From NCBI GenBank assembly GCA_964016885.1, contig OZ024745.1:89466001-89530000 (forward strand): a DNA stretch of 64,000 bases, given 5' to 3'. A program made the translations under genes and the position numbers. Below, one piece after another: positions 13,264-26,267 of this stretch. Position 1 is the first letter of the stretch; each line of letters opens with the position of its first letter. This DNA is from Eledone cirrhosa. Its lineage: Eukaryota. The notes under the pieces were generated by a model that was given only the letters and a program-made list of their open reading frames with translations, searched no databases and was not told the DNA's origin.

Positions 13264-13845
13264 CATACATATATACATACACTCATACACACACACACGT
13301 ATATATAAGTATGTAAAAAACATAGATATAAAAACACAAATATATACACACACACGCACACATACGGAGGCGTTCGTATACAGATACAGAACGCATACAC
13401 ACACATGCACACTCACACGCATAGATACAAATTATAAACCAGCCGTATGAATAAATGAGTACAAATATGAAAGCGGCTGCGAAACAACAGAATATATCTG
13501 GAGTTGAAAACGCAAGTGACAGTGATATCAGGTAGTGAAAGAAAATGGGGAAGTAAAATGTGGAATTGTGAAGATATTAGGTAAGTGAATCAAAAAGTAG
13601 GGGGCGGGTTATTGGTGGATGTGAAGTAAAAATAAAAATAAAAATAAAAATAAAAATAAAAATAAAAATAAAAATAAAAATACAAATAAAAATAAAGTTA
13701 AAAATAAAAGTAAATTAGAAAGAGAAGCCTGTAAAGAGGATAATTTAAGGAAAGTGAAGAACAAGAGTTTATGGAGGATAAGTATCTGAAAGTGAGTTAA
13801 GTTTATATGAGCTGGAAAGCAAGTGTGATTATATCAAATTTCGTA
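12226..13845 (-). mobile_element. PLE family B (Hydra-clade-like) 3' end and UTR, with a degenerate HHR at 12331-12406
   Basis: Homologous to 62130-63610; HHR core mutated to ACGAUGA while GAAA-CCUCUGG-UA and helix I are retained. Confidence 0.8.
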
Positions 13846-14512
13846 AGTACTCTAACCCTTTTTCAATCTAAACTATCTAATGATATTTCAATATTCAAAT
13901 CTTCTAAAAATAAGTTCATTTTCTCTGACAAAACTAAAAACTTATACGAAGTTAATAATAATTTACATGACCAACTCTTAACAGATAACATCACCTCTAA
14001 ATACCAAATAGTTAATATAAACAGGTATAATAATATAAATAAAGAAGCTAAAGAATTAGCTAGTTTTTTTTTAAATAGACAATAGAACAGAAAAAACTTG
14101 CTAACCGTAATGCCTATATCACCCTCAAAGATCACAAACCTGATTTTATTAATCGTCCTAGTTGTAGATTAATCAACCCTGCTAAGACTGAAATCGGTCT
14201 TGCTAGCAAAAAATTTTTAAATAATATAAACACACATATTAGAAGTAAGTCTGAATTACTCCAATGGATAAATAGCTCTTTCGTAGTACATTGGTTTAAT
14301 AATATTAAACATAAAAATAGTTCTAGATTCACCCAATTTGACATTGTAGACTTCTACCCGTCTATTACACATCCTCTTTTAACGAAAGCATTAAATTTCG
14401 CTAGAAAGTTTATCAATATTTCTGATATTGAAGAGAATGTCATTTCGCATGCCAGAAACACTCTACTTTTTACTAATAATGACACTTGGGTAAAAATATC
14501 TAACCCAGAGAA
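13846..14512 (+). pseudogene. PLE family B RT fragment, inverted relative to the adjacent 3' end
   Basis: NAYITLKDHKPDFINRPSCRLINPAKTEIG and FDIVDFYPSI. The end (HARNTLLF...WVKISNPEN) matches the ORF at 61028-61843. Confidence 0.85.
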
Positions 14513-14687
14513 TTATTAACATGTCTGCAAATATCTTATCAACCCATAAATATATCTCTTCTCGGCTGCTGTCAACAACACTCCTAACATTAGCACTCAT
14601 GAGTTTCAACAGATGAACTTAATTCTAAGTACATTATTTACTACTACCACAGTCCTTGAAATATCACCTTCCTCCTGTAGTTATAAT

Positions 14688-14876
14688 TGTTTCTACGTTA
14701 GGCACAAGGCCAGCAATTACCCAGCGCATTACTGGTACTTTATTTTATCGACCCCGTAAGGATGAAAGGCAAAGTTAACCTTGGCGGGATTTGAACTCAG
14801 AATGGCAAGGGCCGTAACTCTATACGTCAAAGCATGGCGTCCGACCCTCTGTCGATACTGCCAATTCACCGCCAAA
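14688..14876 (-). mobile_element. tRNA-derived SINE with 13-bp target-site duplication
   Basis: Core ttttatcgaccccgtaaggatgaaaggcaaag; ctgtagttataat on both sides. Confidence 0.85.
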
Positions 14877-15468
14877 CTGTAGTTATAATGAACACCCCCA
14901 ATGTATCCGTAATAGTATTCATCATGTTCTCTATATATACCTTGCTTTCTTAACCTCTGTATTACCTTATTGCCTATATTGTTGTTATTGTTGTCTTATT
15001 TATGCAAGATTTGTTATTGATGCTGTGAAAGCTAACCAAACCCCATGATTCGAACTAACAATCCCTACATGAAATATAGACCACTTAAATAATGAATCCA
15101 CCTTACACCACATACGAATTACCATCCTCACTCCAATGAAAATATTTTATCCGTCAGATAATAAATAAATCTTACGGTCAGCAAACCTACAGTAAAGTAA
15201 ACGGTCCATTGTTTCAAGCCCCAGGTTATCTCTACACTATATATAAAGTACCCCATGACAGCTTTCACTTGTCAATTTCATACATCTGTTTCGTATCAGT
15301 TCGTTTTACATGCTAAAGTCATCAGTATACTCTATTTCTTACTTAGATTGATGTTGTGATTGTTTTAACTATTTACTATCTAGCTAATTTATTTGAGTAT
15401 TGTTATTATTGTTCTGATTTAATGCCACTACTATATATAGAAGCCATGCCTGTGTATATCCTTCATTC

Positions 15469-15587
15469 TCACATGCTCTGACGAATAGACTGGTTATAAC
15501 AAAGTATTGATGATCGATTTACGCAAAAACAGGCGGGTAGCCATCTCTAGACCTACCAGTTCAGAGAAACAATTGTCAGCAATGTGA
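15469..15587 (+). ncRNA. Type I hammerhead ribozyme with about 80-nt helix II domain, in a PLE-type 3' UTR
   Basis: UCACAUGCU CUGACGA ... ACUGGU/ACCAGU ... GAAA CAAUUG UC AGCAAUGUGA. 9-bp helix I with one bulge; palindromic helix III. Confidence 0.8.
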
Positions 15588-15635
15588 ATCAAGCCCTTAT
15601 TGTATAGCAAATCATGTCACTCTTCTTTCTTGATT

Positions 15636-15667
<32 letters not shown>

Positions 15668-15705
15668 CAATAACAAGTATTAAATTACATTAAATTATTT
15701 AATTC

Positions 15706-15779
15706 ATTTAAAAACGTTTCTATTAATACAAGATGTTCCAGCATTCATTCCTCTTTGTACTGATTTCTTCAGAATCATT
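15706..15779 (-). ncRNA. Degenerate hammerhead-like motif
   Basis: CUGAAGA ... AGUACAA/UUGUAUU ... GAAACGUU; helix I not convincing. Confidence 0.4.
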
Positions 15780-16619
15780 AAACAATATAAATAACTATTG
15801 ACCTTCGATATCTGACTTCTTCAATTCAAAAATGTAATTTAATTTGCTGTAATTCAATCCCTGTTATTGTATTCCTTTTTATATATACTCTTCGATAGTC
15901 TAATACAACTGGGAATTAACTGATTTGAATAAAATCTGAACGGTCTTTTACCTATCTGCTATGGACTATAAAATCACGTTTGAGCTTTAAATTACTCTTT
16001 GCTTTTTATGAATGTGTTATCAGCCTGTCTAAAGTATATAAACAAAGTAAAAATCTCATTTGGGGGGATATATATATATATATATATATACATATGCGTG
16101 CGTGTGTATGTGTATATGTATGTATGTGTATGTGTGAAATGACTGATAATTGGCCTAGCATAAGCGTAAACAAATCTACACCAATATAACGCTATCCAAG
16201 AAATCAGGTAAATATAATCCGCAAATATAAGCCTCATTCATCGGATTTATACCTCACTAGACGTACCATAAAACCAACCAGATCCTTCGAAACTATTCCC
16301 AAATACTCCCAGCATATCAACTTAATCTATCCTAGTTCCTATTATGGAGTGACAGTCGTCATCAAGCCACAACTATCGTATTACGTGGTTTCTGTATGAT
16401 GTTCAGTTGAAAATAGAAATAAGATTCAAAGTGTGTATTAATGTTCTTTATAGTCGTAGATTTGATTGAACCTTTATGGTCGGTAAGAATAACATTAGGA
16501 AATATAGTGATATACTACTCTTTCTTTCTTTCTTTCTTTCTTTTTTCTATTTCTATCTCTCTTCCAATTCCCTCTCTATTTCTATCTGTCTTCCAATTCT
16601 CCCTCTTTCTCTCCCCCTC

Positions 16620-16703
<84 letters not shown>

Positions 16704-17259
16704 GCTCTCTCTTTCCCTCTCTTTCTCTCTCGTTGTCTCTCTTATCGAGTCAAACCCAAGGTACATCTTTAAGATGTCAAATATCTATTCCTTTCGGTGA
16801 ATGTTTTGCGTTTATCATTATCAGTTATTAGACTGATATAATATGAAAGAAACTTTGCTTCCATATTGTCTGACGAACTAGTCGTTGTGAGTAAACATAT
16901 CCTTGAGTCATTCACATGTACAGAGACTATTTGAGATCGGCGCTGAAAATCTTTCGCTTCAATTCAATAATACGTTTTTATTTATCTACTTCCCTAAACA
17001 GTAATTTCTTTTCCTAAGATTGTAAACTATCTATATTTACAAAATACGAAACCAAAAATGAAAATAAATTGTATATTGCAATGTTGATCAATTTCCTGTT
17101 CCGGTTGTCTTCATGCGCATGTTTTTAATTTTTGAATGTAAATTGCCATGCTAAAATATTATAATGGATGTCACATCACTGTGCATCTATATATACATAT
17201 GTTTCTGGATGTCTCTTGTGTTGGAAAGGAGGTCATGTATGTAAACAATCATTGAAAAT

Positions 17260-17307
17260 TTGCTCCGAAGACGCCAAAATTCGGTTTGGACGAAACAATT
17301 GTAAGCT
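17260..17307 (+). ncRNA. Minimal type I hammerhead with one core mutation
   Basis: GCU CCGAAGA CG CCAAA-loop-UUUGG AC GAAA CAAUUG UA AGC; the U4 position is C. Confidence 0.65.
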
Positions 17308-17537
17308 AATAAATGGTTTGAACAGAACTTTGATTCATGTGATTTCTATATAACTGCTCTGTAGAACAACTGATGTTATTACATTGAACTATTTATCTTA
17401 CTGGTAATAAGGTAGTAATAAATGACTGTCTTTCACTGTTTTGGGTTTAAAATATATATAACTATAAAAAGTTTTAGTATATACATAACCATAAATAGTA
17501 TCCTTAATACTATATATAAATATATATATATATATGT

Positions 17538-17657
17538 ACTAAAACAATAGCATAAGGTCTTCGAAATGCCTTAAATTATGCATACAGTGTATTGCAAATT
17601 ACACTATATATACATTCATATATATATCGCTATTTCAGAGCGCCAATTCTAATTTTA
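17538..17657 (+). mobile_element. 3' fragment of the 319-nt HHR repeat family
   Basis: Matches 41070-41190; flanked by (TA)n. Confidence 0.85.
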
Positions 17658-17665
17658 TATATATA

Positions 17666-18029
17666 GGATGGAGAGAGAGGTGCTGCACCCCAGCCGTTTC
17701 TATGAAAGATGGGTGAAAGTGGCGAGAATGGCCCGTGTGAATGGGCCTTCACTCTACATCAGACTATAGGTGAGGAAGATGAAAGACCAAGGGAGCACCC
17801 CTTCTCTGTGCTCCTGAGGAGAAGGGTTGCACACTTTTTTCGGGGGTGTGTGCGACCCCCCAAAGCGCCTCCTCTCTATTGAGGATTTTGTTAAAAATTT
17901 TATTTTTTGTTATATCTTATTTTATTTTTATATTTTGTTATTGCCTCCTCCTTATTGAGGACGCCTTTTTGTGTAAACTCCGCCCTTTGTACTTGTCCCA
18001 CTTTTGATGCCCTAGTGGCAAATAAAAGA

Positions 18030-18031
<2 letters not shown>
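17666..18031 (+). mobile_element. Tx1/L1-like 3' end (5'-truncated)
   Basis: Encodes ERWVKVARMARVNG, like the C-terminus at 32000-32060(-); ends gtggcaaataaaagaaa like the other Tx1 copies. Confidence 0.7.
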
Positions 18032-18074
<43 letters not shown>

Positions 18075-18078
<4 letters not shown>

Positions 18079-19490
18079 TATACTTGGGGATGGTCATATT
18101 TGTGTAATATTGCCAGAATTAATAACAGAACACACTCACTGTTTGGTTGGTTTTCGCTTTTCGCTTCTGTATATTTTATATCGGTAATCTAATTTATTCG
18201 GTCCTCAATGTTGCCATTGACTGACCAAAGGTAAAAAATAATACAGATACACTATAGACACAAACACATATATATAGTTTATCAAAGTTCTTTCGTTTCA
18301 CATCTGCAACATCGTCAGCGGTGCTATTGTTTCCTCCCGTTACATTGTATGTCTACGCCATTTTTATTTAGTCTGTCTATATATTTATTTATTTATTTGT
18401 TTGTTTGTTTATTTTATTTTATCTTCTTTGCGCATGCGTTTGCGTGTGTGTATAGTGTTTTGTTTGATGTGTGTTCGTGATTGGGTGACTAGTGTGTGTT
18501 TATATGTGTTTGTTGTTATTGTGCTTGTGTATGTATTTATTTATTTATCTATTTATTTATTTATTTATTTATACTTCTCATAGGTCAGTGTTGTTTGTTT
18601 GGGTGTTGTTGTTATTCCATTCATTCTTTCTGTTTAGTCTTGGCCTTCTAAGTTCTATTTCACTGGCCTCTCTGATTTGCCTATCTGCTGGGTCATTTCT
18701 ATGTTTAGATATTATTCTAATTTCTATGTTGTCTATGTTACCGTCGTGTTGTTGTCTGGCATGTTCGTATAGTACTGAACCGTTTTTCGTCCTTTTAGTT
18801 CACCCTAGTGTTGGTCTATCCTTTCACTTATGCTACGAGCTGTCTCGCCTATGTATGTTGTTGTCATGTTTCTGCAAGTACCCTCTGTAATCTTATGCTA
18901 TAGACTACGTTTCTAGTTTTACAGTTTATGCGGGGGTTTACCTTACATATGATACATTTCCTATTAGTACAGTGGGTTTTCTTAAAAGGGTAGGTTTTGC
19001 TGATATGGGATTTTATGGTGGTTCCTGGCTTATCTACCACCTTAATCTTTAAGTGGGTCTTTCTCGGGGCCTTTCTACACTGGTTAGCTAATTTCCATCC
19101 AGGGGTAGCGTCCACAAACATGACACTCTGGTATCTCTGGTTGTCGTACCATGAGGTGGCTTTCTCTATCTTATGTCTAGCCCTATCTAAGCTATTCCAT
19201 GATTTGCTCCTGTATAATGGGCAAATTCCTTTCATGTCCAGTTCTATGAGGGTCTTATACTTCTACATGGCTCCTTCGTATACTCTGACTCTGTCTCTTT
19301 GGTTGTAGCCAGAGAACTGCATTCGGTTGATGAAGTGTTGGATGTGTCTTTCCATTTCTGTTGGGTCGCACATGCGGGACACATTCTTCATCACTCGTAC
19401 CAAATCTGCGATCAGAATATTAAACTTAGCACTACTGGACATTGCTGAGTTTTTGAGTATCAGGTATTTGGAGGCCATGGGTTTAGCATG
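18075..19490 (-). mobile_element. PLE family A, 5'-truncated copy (thumb, linker, GIY-YIG, pseudo-LTR)
   Basis: Reverse complement of 4513-5765, plus the segment missing from that copy (ORF 19263-19478). Confidence 0.9.
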
Positions 19491-20897
19491 AACTAATTCA
19501 TCGCCGTTATATATATATGTGTGTGTATGTATATATATATATATATGTATATATATATAACCAAAGATTAATATGGTTCATTGACTACTCAATGAATATA
19601 GTTTTACAATAGATTAAAAGCACTCTACAAAAAAAGTTTTCCTGAGTTATTAATATTATTCAGAATATTAATAAATGAAGACATTCACATAATCAAAATA
19701 TGTTTTATTATATATATATTTAGAAGGTACTGTGTTGTTTCTTCCGTACGTCCTCGTCAGATAAAATTACGTCCTTACCGAAAATTTTTTTTTTTTGTCG
19801 TTTTTATCTAGTAAATTAAGTATCCTTATTTAGAAAGGTCATTGTTTAACTAGAAATTTCTTGATTTGTGGTTTCAAATATCTTCTGGTTTCAAAGTACT
19901 TAAATGTTTTAAATGTTTACATATGATGAACGAGTTATCTTCCTTTGTTTACACTCTTCGCAAATAATTTTATTCTGTCTGAATAGCTTGCTAAATTATA
20001 TTTAACATGAATTATGCAGTTTAATAATACATGAAAATCCTTAAAGGGAATTATTGAAGTAAATATGAAATAATAAAACATTTGAGAGTAAATATAACTG
20101 CAACTTAATCCTGTAATTAAATGACAATCAATGATTTTATAAAGAAAATAGAATAACTCAGATAATAAATGATCTTAATATAAAATATATATATATACTG
20201 ATGGTGATATATGCATGTGTTTTAATAAATATCCTAATACACTTAATAATTATTTAAATATGCTTTAAAGATAAAAAATGTTTTTAAAAGTTGTAACAAA
20301 ATATTTAGTGAATGTATTACTTATTTAAACTATGTATCTGACGGCTATAGAAAATGATTTTATTTGTTTAATTTTGATATAATATATAAGTATAATTAGC
20401 TTAAACATAAACAAATACGAAAGATATTAAAAATGTCATGTTATTTAATTGGTTGCCTCTATTTGACTTAATATTTGAAAACAACGGTATTTCTACCTAC
20501 TCCCCTCAATTCTTTCTTTTTTGTCGTTATTTATTCTTTCTTCTTCTCTCTTTATTTCTTTTTTTCCTTTTTATATATTTCTTCCCTAATACATCTATTT
20601 ACTCATTTAAATATTTATGTATGTATGTATTTATTTATTTAATTGTTTTCTTGCATCTTCTCATATTAACCCCTTCCTTATATCCCTATCTCGTTCCACG
20701 TCCTCTTCTTCTTTAAATTTAAGTTTATCATGTTATTATTTATGGTATAGAAATGTTGAGAATTATTGTAATAAATCACTGCCAATACTGGAATTGAACT
20801 ATCAAGACCGTTGAGGTATGTCATACATCAATTCCTGTATTTTATCGGACAAGGACGTAATGAAAAAACAACACAGTACCTTCGAAATATATATAAT

Positions 20898-21082
20898 TGT
20901 TTCTACTATGGGCACAAGGCCAGCAATTACCGAGTACATTACTGGTACTTTATTTTATCGACCCCGTAAGGATGAAAGGCAAAGTTAACCTCGGCAGGAT
21001 TTGAACTGAGAATGGCAAGAGCCGTAACTCTATGCGTCAAAGCAAGGCGTCCGACTCTCTACCGATACTGCCAATTCACCGC
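20898..21082 (-). mobile_element. tRNA-derived SINE with about 19-bp target-site duplication
   Basis: Family core; ccttcgaaatatatataat on both sides. Confidence 0.9.
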
Positions 21083-21114
21083 CCTTCGAAATATATATAA
21101 TAAAACATATTTTG

Positions 21115-21243
<129 letters not shown>

Positions 21244-21244
21244 A

Positions 21245-23325
21245 GATCAAAAGATGGTTAAAAGAGTTCCATGTATTTTATTATGCGCATTTCAAAAACA
21301 AATATCATCATGCAATAACATTTGTGTTTTCATCAGATAAAATAGGAAGACATGATATGAAGGTTAAAACACACTTGTAAATAGTGCAGTTTTAAATCAA
21401 TATATGAAAAGTAGTTTTAGATTGATGTGTGATATTGGGAAAAAAAATTTGTTGAGGGGGGTGGGGGTGGAAAGGATGAAAAAGAGGAGGATATGAGAGT
21501 AAAAAGTGGTGGGGGAGGAGTATAATGAGGAAGGATGAGATAGGAGGAGAGATGGGTGATAGAGAGATAGAGATAGCATTTATAACTGAGAAAAATGTAT
21601 TGTTTTACATAGAGAGGTTGAAAAACCGTTGGAAGATAATATATAAATTAAAAGAATTTGAAAATTAACGAAGAGAAAAATAATGTTAAGTTAAGGTTTG
21701 TATATTGAAGGGTTTAATAATATGTGCGATGAAAAGTTAATTGGTAATATGTATTAAGGATAATATTTAAAGGTTTAATAATATGTGCGATGGAAAGAAA
21801 ATGTTGATATGTATTATTTAAAAAAAGGCAATAGTAATGTAAGTAAGGATATATTGTGAAAGAAGTAGAAGATAGGATGAATAAGTTAGATGAGCATGAA
21901 AGGGAGAAAAAAATAAGGATGAATAATCTAACGTCAAAAAAAATGTTTATGTTTACGAAGGATTTTTTCAAGGTGATATAAAGTAAGAATATATTGTACT
22001 GTGTAATAATTGTTTCTATGTTAGGCATAATGAGAAAAGGTACAGATTAGGGGTTACAAATTAAAAGAAAAAGAAAAGAAAAGGAAAAGGAAGAAAGGGA
22101 AGTGATAAATAGGAGTCATATAGAATCAGTAACTAGTATTATATAATGTATAACAAATAACTTTGACATAAGGTAGAAAGATGGGTATATTTTTAAAGAA
22201 GTATATATATATATATATATATGTGCCTTTGAGAAAAGGATTTTAAATTGATAAAGTATTAGATATTAGCTATATACTTTATGGAATGTTCTGTGGAATT
22301 TATGCAAGCAGAGAGAAAACAAGTCAGTGCGTCTATTTATTATAGAATCTGAATTAGATATAATGGTAAATTTTTCATTTAAACAGAGATTGCAAGTCTT
22401 GGATAGAGAACTGTTCAATCCATGGAGAAGCAGAAGAAACCTTTTTCCAAGAGATGTTATATTTAATATTTTTGTCTTTCAAGGACCATATGAGTTCTGA
22501 GAGTGCCGTGTTGGTTCTTTTAAGTTGGTATTTAAAAGTCGAATGATGATTATAAAGACGAGCTTTAAAGGACGTGGAAGTGGAGCCAAAATAGGTGAAG
22601 GAATTGGTGTCAGTTATAACTTTACATTCGTAGATTAAGTTTTTTTCAAGACAATGGTTGTTGAGAGGACATTTATTTTTAACAGGGCAATTGCAATTGC
22701 GATTAGAGAGATTAGCAGAGTTATTAACGAGTGACCTAGTGTTATCTATAGAAGGAATTGGATTGGAGAAGTTATTTACGATAGGAATAATAGTTTCTTG
22801 ATTTAGAATGGGATTAAGAACATTTAGCGAAGTTGTGTTTGACGTTGTATTTGGGTTTGTAGAAATTAGCCTAGAGTTTACAATGACGTCGGGAGTACTA
22901 TTACTATTATTATGATATTCAGTGTTGGAAGGAAGAGATTCTTAGTATTTTATTGTTGTGTTTAGAGATAATGTTGGAAATGTTGGAGGAGGTCGAATAG
23001 GAAAATTTTATAGTGTGTTTGTTAAATATTTTACTATAGATATGTGAGGGAGGGAAACATTTATTTAAGGCACTAAAGAATAATTTAGGAATATTATTAT
23101 TAATAGAGATGGAGAAAGGAGCATTATACCAGATTATGTTTTTGTATCTAGGTCTTTTATTAAAGTTATTGGAATGATCAAGATTAATTATTCTACTGTA
23201 AGATCTTCTATAATTTGTTTCTTTACTATATTTGATTTTATCAGGAAAGCCGGCTTTAGAAAGCGCGTTATTATAGTATTACTCCAGTCCTACAAACTGT
23301 AGAGTGCTTCTTATCCGATATCTGC
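21245..23325 (-). mobile_element. Degenerate Hydra-clade-like PLE 3' half, not in the ORF track
   Basis: Hand translation of 22290-22710(-): CNCPVKNKCPLNNHCLEKNLIYECKV...YFGSTSTSFKARLYNHHSTF...LSELIWSLKDKNIKYNISW...CNLCLNEK. YYNNALSKAGF lies near 23260. Confidence 0.85.
21274..21344 (-). ncRNA. Intact minimal type I hammerhead in the PLE 3' UTR
   Basis: UAUUUUAU CUGAUGA [36-nt hairpin] GAAA UGCGCA UA AUAAAAUA. Perfect 8-bp helix I; palindromic helix III. Confidence 0.88.
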
Positions 23326-23363
23326 ATTGCTTTATTGTACTACAATAAAACTCACCCCTACAC

Positions 23364-23441
<78 letters not shown>

Positions 23442-23531
23442 CAGTAGAAGTTGTTTTGGTAAAAACAGGAGTAAGCGGGAGACAGCTCTCTACATTCGTT
23501 CCTTGTAGTTTCAATGGGGATTCAGTATAAG

Positions 23532-23673
23532 AATAACATTAAGAAAGATGCTGATGTTACATAAATTGCGTATTCATAATGATTATTTCAATGGTTCTCT
23601 TATGCAATCCATAATGAATAAACGATTATGAATAAACGATTTATGTAACATCAGCATACTTCTTAATGTTATT
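23532..23673. repeat. Imperfect inverted repeat (about 48-bp arms)
   Basis: aataacattaagaa...ttcataat versus attatgaa...ttcttaatgttatt. Confidence 0.8.
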
Positions 23674-23778
23674 GTATTTTTAGTTCTATTTTTCCCATCC
23701 TTTCATATTTTCCCCGTTACCCCCCCCCCCCCCCTCCTCACCCTCTCTCGGAGGTCATCCCCCCCCACCCCCACTCGC

Positions 23779-23808
23779 CTGATGAAGACTTATGTCCGAA
23801 ACGTCGTA
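23779..23808 (+). ncRNA. Minimal hammerhead-like core
   Basis: CUGAUGA A GAC-UUAU-GUC C GAAA CGUCG UA; helix I not evident. Confidence 0.5.
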
Positions 23809-23908
23809 AACACCACGCCACTCTCTCCCCTAGCGTGAAGTTAATAATACTGTCCCATTCACTCCTGCGTTTGTTCGTTTGTTTGTCATATTGAACTATA
23901 TATATATG

Positions 23909-23952
<44 letters not shown>

Positions 23953-24516
23953 GGAAATTTAGTCAAATCGAATCTCCGGCGGTTTGCAAGCAAATTCGTC
24001 CTACTTATATGGAATGATGAGTTAGCAAAGCACTTGATAAGTTAGGTTTTTAGAGTAATAACATACGTTTAAAAAGCTTGACAAATTGAACATTGTGGTA
24101 AGCAAAATCTAACACACAATAATATACCAAAGTAACGATAGAACTAACAGGTTGAGAAAAATACACCTGGACAAATCAAACGATTTTACGTTTAAAGTGT
24201 TTCTTTGAATCCGAAATCAAATATCAGACTTACGTGACTGCAAGCTCGTGGTATTCATGATCGAACGGAGGATTCAGTTTTTCAACAGGCTTTTCGTTCT
24301 ACCCAGAACAGGGGTGATAGGCTAAATGTTGCTGCTAGAAACAGCGTTCGTATCTAAAGCTGTCACGTGTTAATTCCTGCAAGGGAAATAACCCCCGGTT
24401 TTTGGCGGGTCATACGAAATGTTAGACAAAGGAAATCTTTTAATTTTCGCTAATCATCATGATAAGCTCTCGACTAGATGTTATAAAACAAACACAAATA
24501 ATTAACCAATCGACAG

Positions 24517-24672
<156 letters not shown>

Positions 24673-24782
24673 CTGTGTAGTTGGTGTTGGTGGCTGGATA
24701 AGGTGTATTTATGAATAAGGGGAAAGAACGAACGTGGGAAAATTTTCCTTCATCAGTTGTCTGCTGGGGATCAGTATATATA

Positions 24783-26190
24783 TATAAACGGAAAAAATGA
24801 AACGAAATTTCATTTCCCACTCTTAGTACGGCTGTTACTTAAATATAAGTATGTATACGTACATACATATATGTATACAGACGTACAGTAGTATGTATAT
24901 ATATATACATACATGCACACATATATATATATACGCATGGATTCACCAAACATTTCTTATAATGCTCGGTGTGTTTGTAAACAGACATCCCGTATTAAGC
25001 CGTAGTGTCTAGCAACCACCGTTGCTCGTTTGTTCAACACTGGCAAAGGAACGCTGTACTAGTTTCAAGCTTGTTAGCTATCGTGAGTAACGTATACCTT
25101 CCTGCCAGATAGTTGAACGTCCGAAGGTATATACTTTCCTCATGCATATTAACGGCTGAGTAGCCCGATTTGCATATCGAGTGGGTTAATCGGCCGGGTG
25201 CACCGAAAACGATAAACGGAAAAAATGAAACGATATTTCATTTCCCACACTTAGTACGGCTGTTACTTAAATATAAGTATGTATACGTACATACATATAT
25301 GTATACAGACGTACAATAGTATGTATATAAACATACTTATATTTAAGTAACAGCCGTACTAAGAGTGGGAAATTAAATTTCGTTTCATTTTTCCGTTTAT
25401 CGTTTTCGGTGCACCCGGCCGATTAACCCACTCGATATGCAAATCGGGCTACTCAACCGTTAATATGCATGAGGAAAGTATATACCTTCGGACGTTCAAC
25501 TATCTGGCAGGAAGGTATACGTTGCTGACGATAGCTAACAAGCTTGAAACTAGTACAGCGTTCTTTGTCAGTGTTGAACAAACGAGCAACGGTAGCTGCT
25601 AGACACTACGGCTTAATGCGGGATGTTTGTTTACAAACACACCGAGCATTATAATAAATGTTTGGTGAATCCATACGTACATATATATATATGTGTGCAT
25701 GTATGTATATATACATACTACTGTACGTCTGTATACATATATGTATGTACGTAAACATACGTATATTTAAGTAACAGCCGTACTAAGAGTGGGAAATGAA
25801 ATTTCGTTTCATTTTTTCCGTTTATCGTTTTGGTGCACCAGGCCTATTAACCCACTTGATATGCAAATTGGGCTACTCATCCGTTAATATGCATAAGGAA
25901 AGTATATACTTTCGGACGTTCAACTATCTAGCAGGAAGGTATACGTTGCTGGCGATAGGTAACAAGCTTGAAACTAGTACAGCGTTCCTTTGTCAGTGTT
26001 GAACAAACGAGCAACGGTGGTTGCTAGACACTACGGCTTAATACGGGATGTTTGTTTAGAAACACACCGAGCATTATAATAAATGTTTGGTGAATCCATA
26101 CGTACATATATATATATGTGTGCATGTATGTATATATATATATACATACTACTGTACGTCTGTATACATATATGTATGTACGTATACATA
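24783..26190. mobile_element. ORF-less 424-nt tandem repeat with one hammerhead per unit (retrozyme-like); about 1.3 units on minus, then 2 units on plus
   Basis: Orientation flips at about 25330; predicted cleavage sites at 25555 and 25979; (TA)n at both ends. Confidence 0.85.
25519..25561 (+). ncRNA. Intact minimal type I hammerhead
   Basis: ACGUUG CUGACGA U AGCU-AACA-AGCU U GAAA CUAG UA CAGCGU; mutated sister copies at 25943-25985(+) and about 25051-25093(-). Confidence 0.88.
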
Positions 26191-26191
26191 G

Positions 26192-26267
<76 letters not shown>

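Noticed and set aside
12956-13450. ORFs rich in YI, CV, HT, SL or ER repeats, here and throughout
   Set aside because: They are translations of (TA)n, (CA)n, (GA)n and (TACA)n microsatellites.
24745-24776. Isolated CUGANGA matches (also 16870, 37481, 38838 and a degenerate one near 57450)
   Set aside because: No properly placed GAAA, UH site and helix I.
24783-26190. CRISPR array or simple satellite interpretation
   Set aside because: Units are 424 nt with no unique spacers, the context is eukaryotic, and each unit holds a hammerhead.
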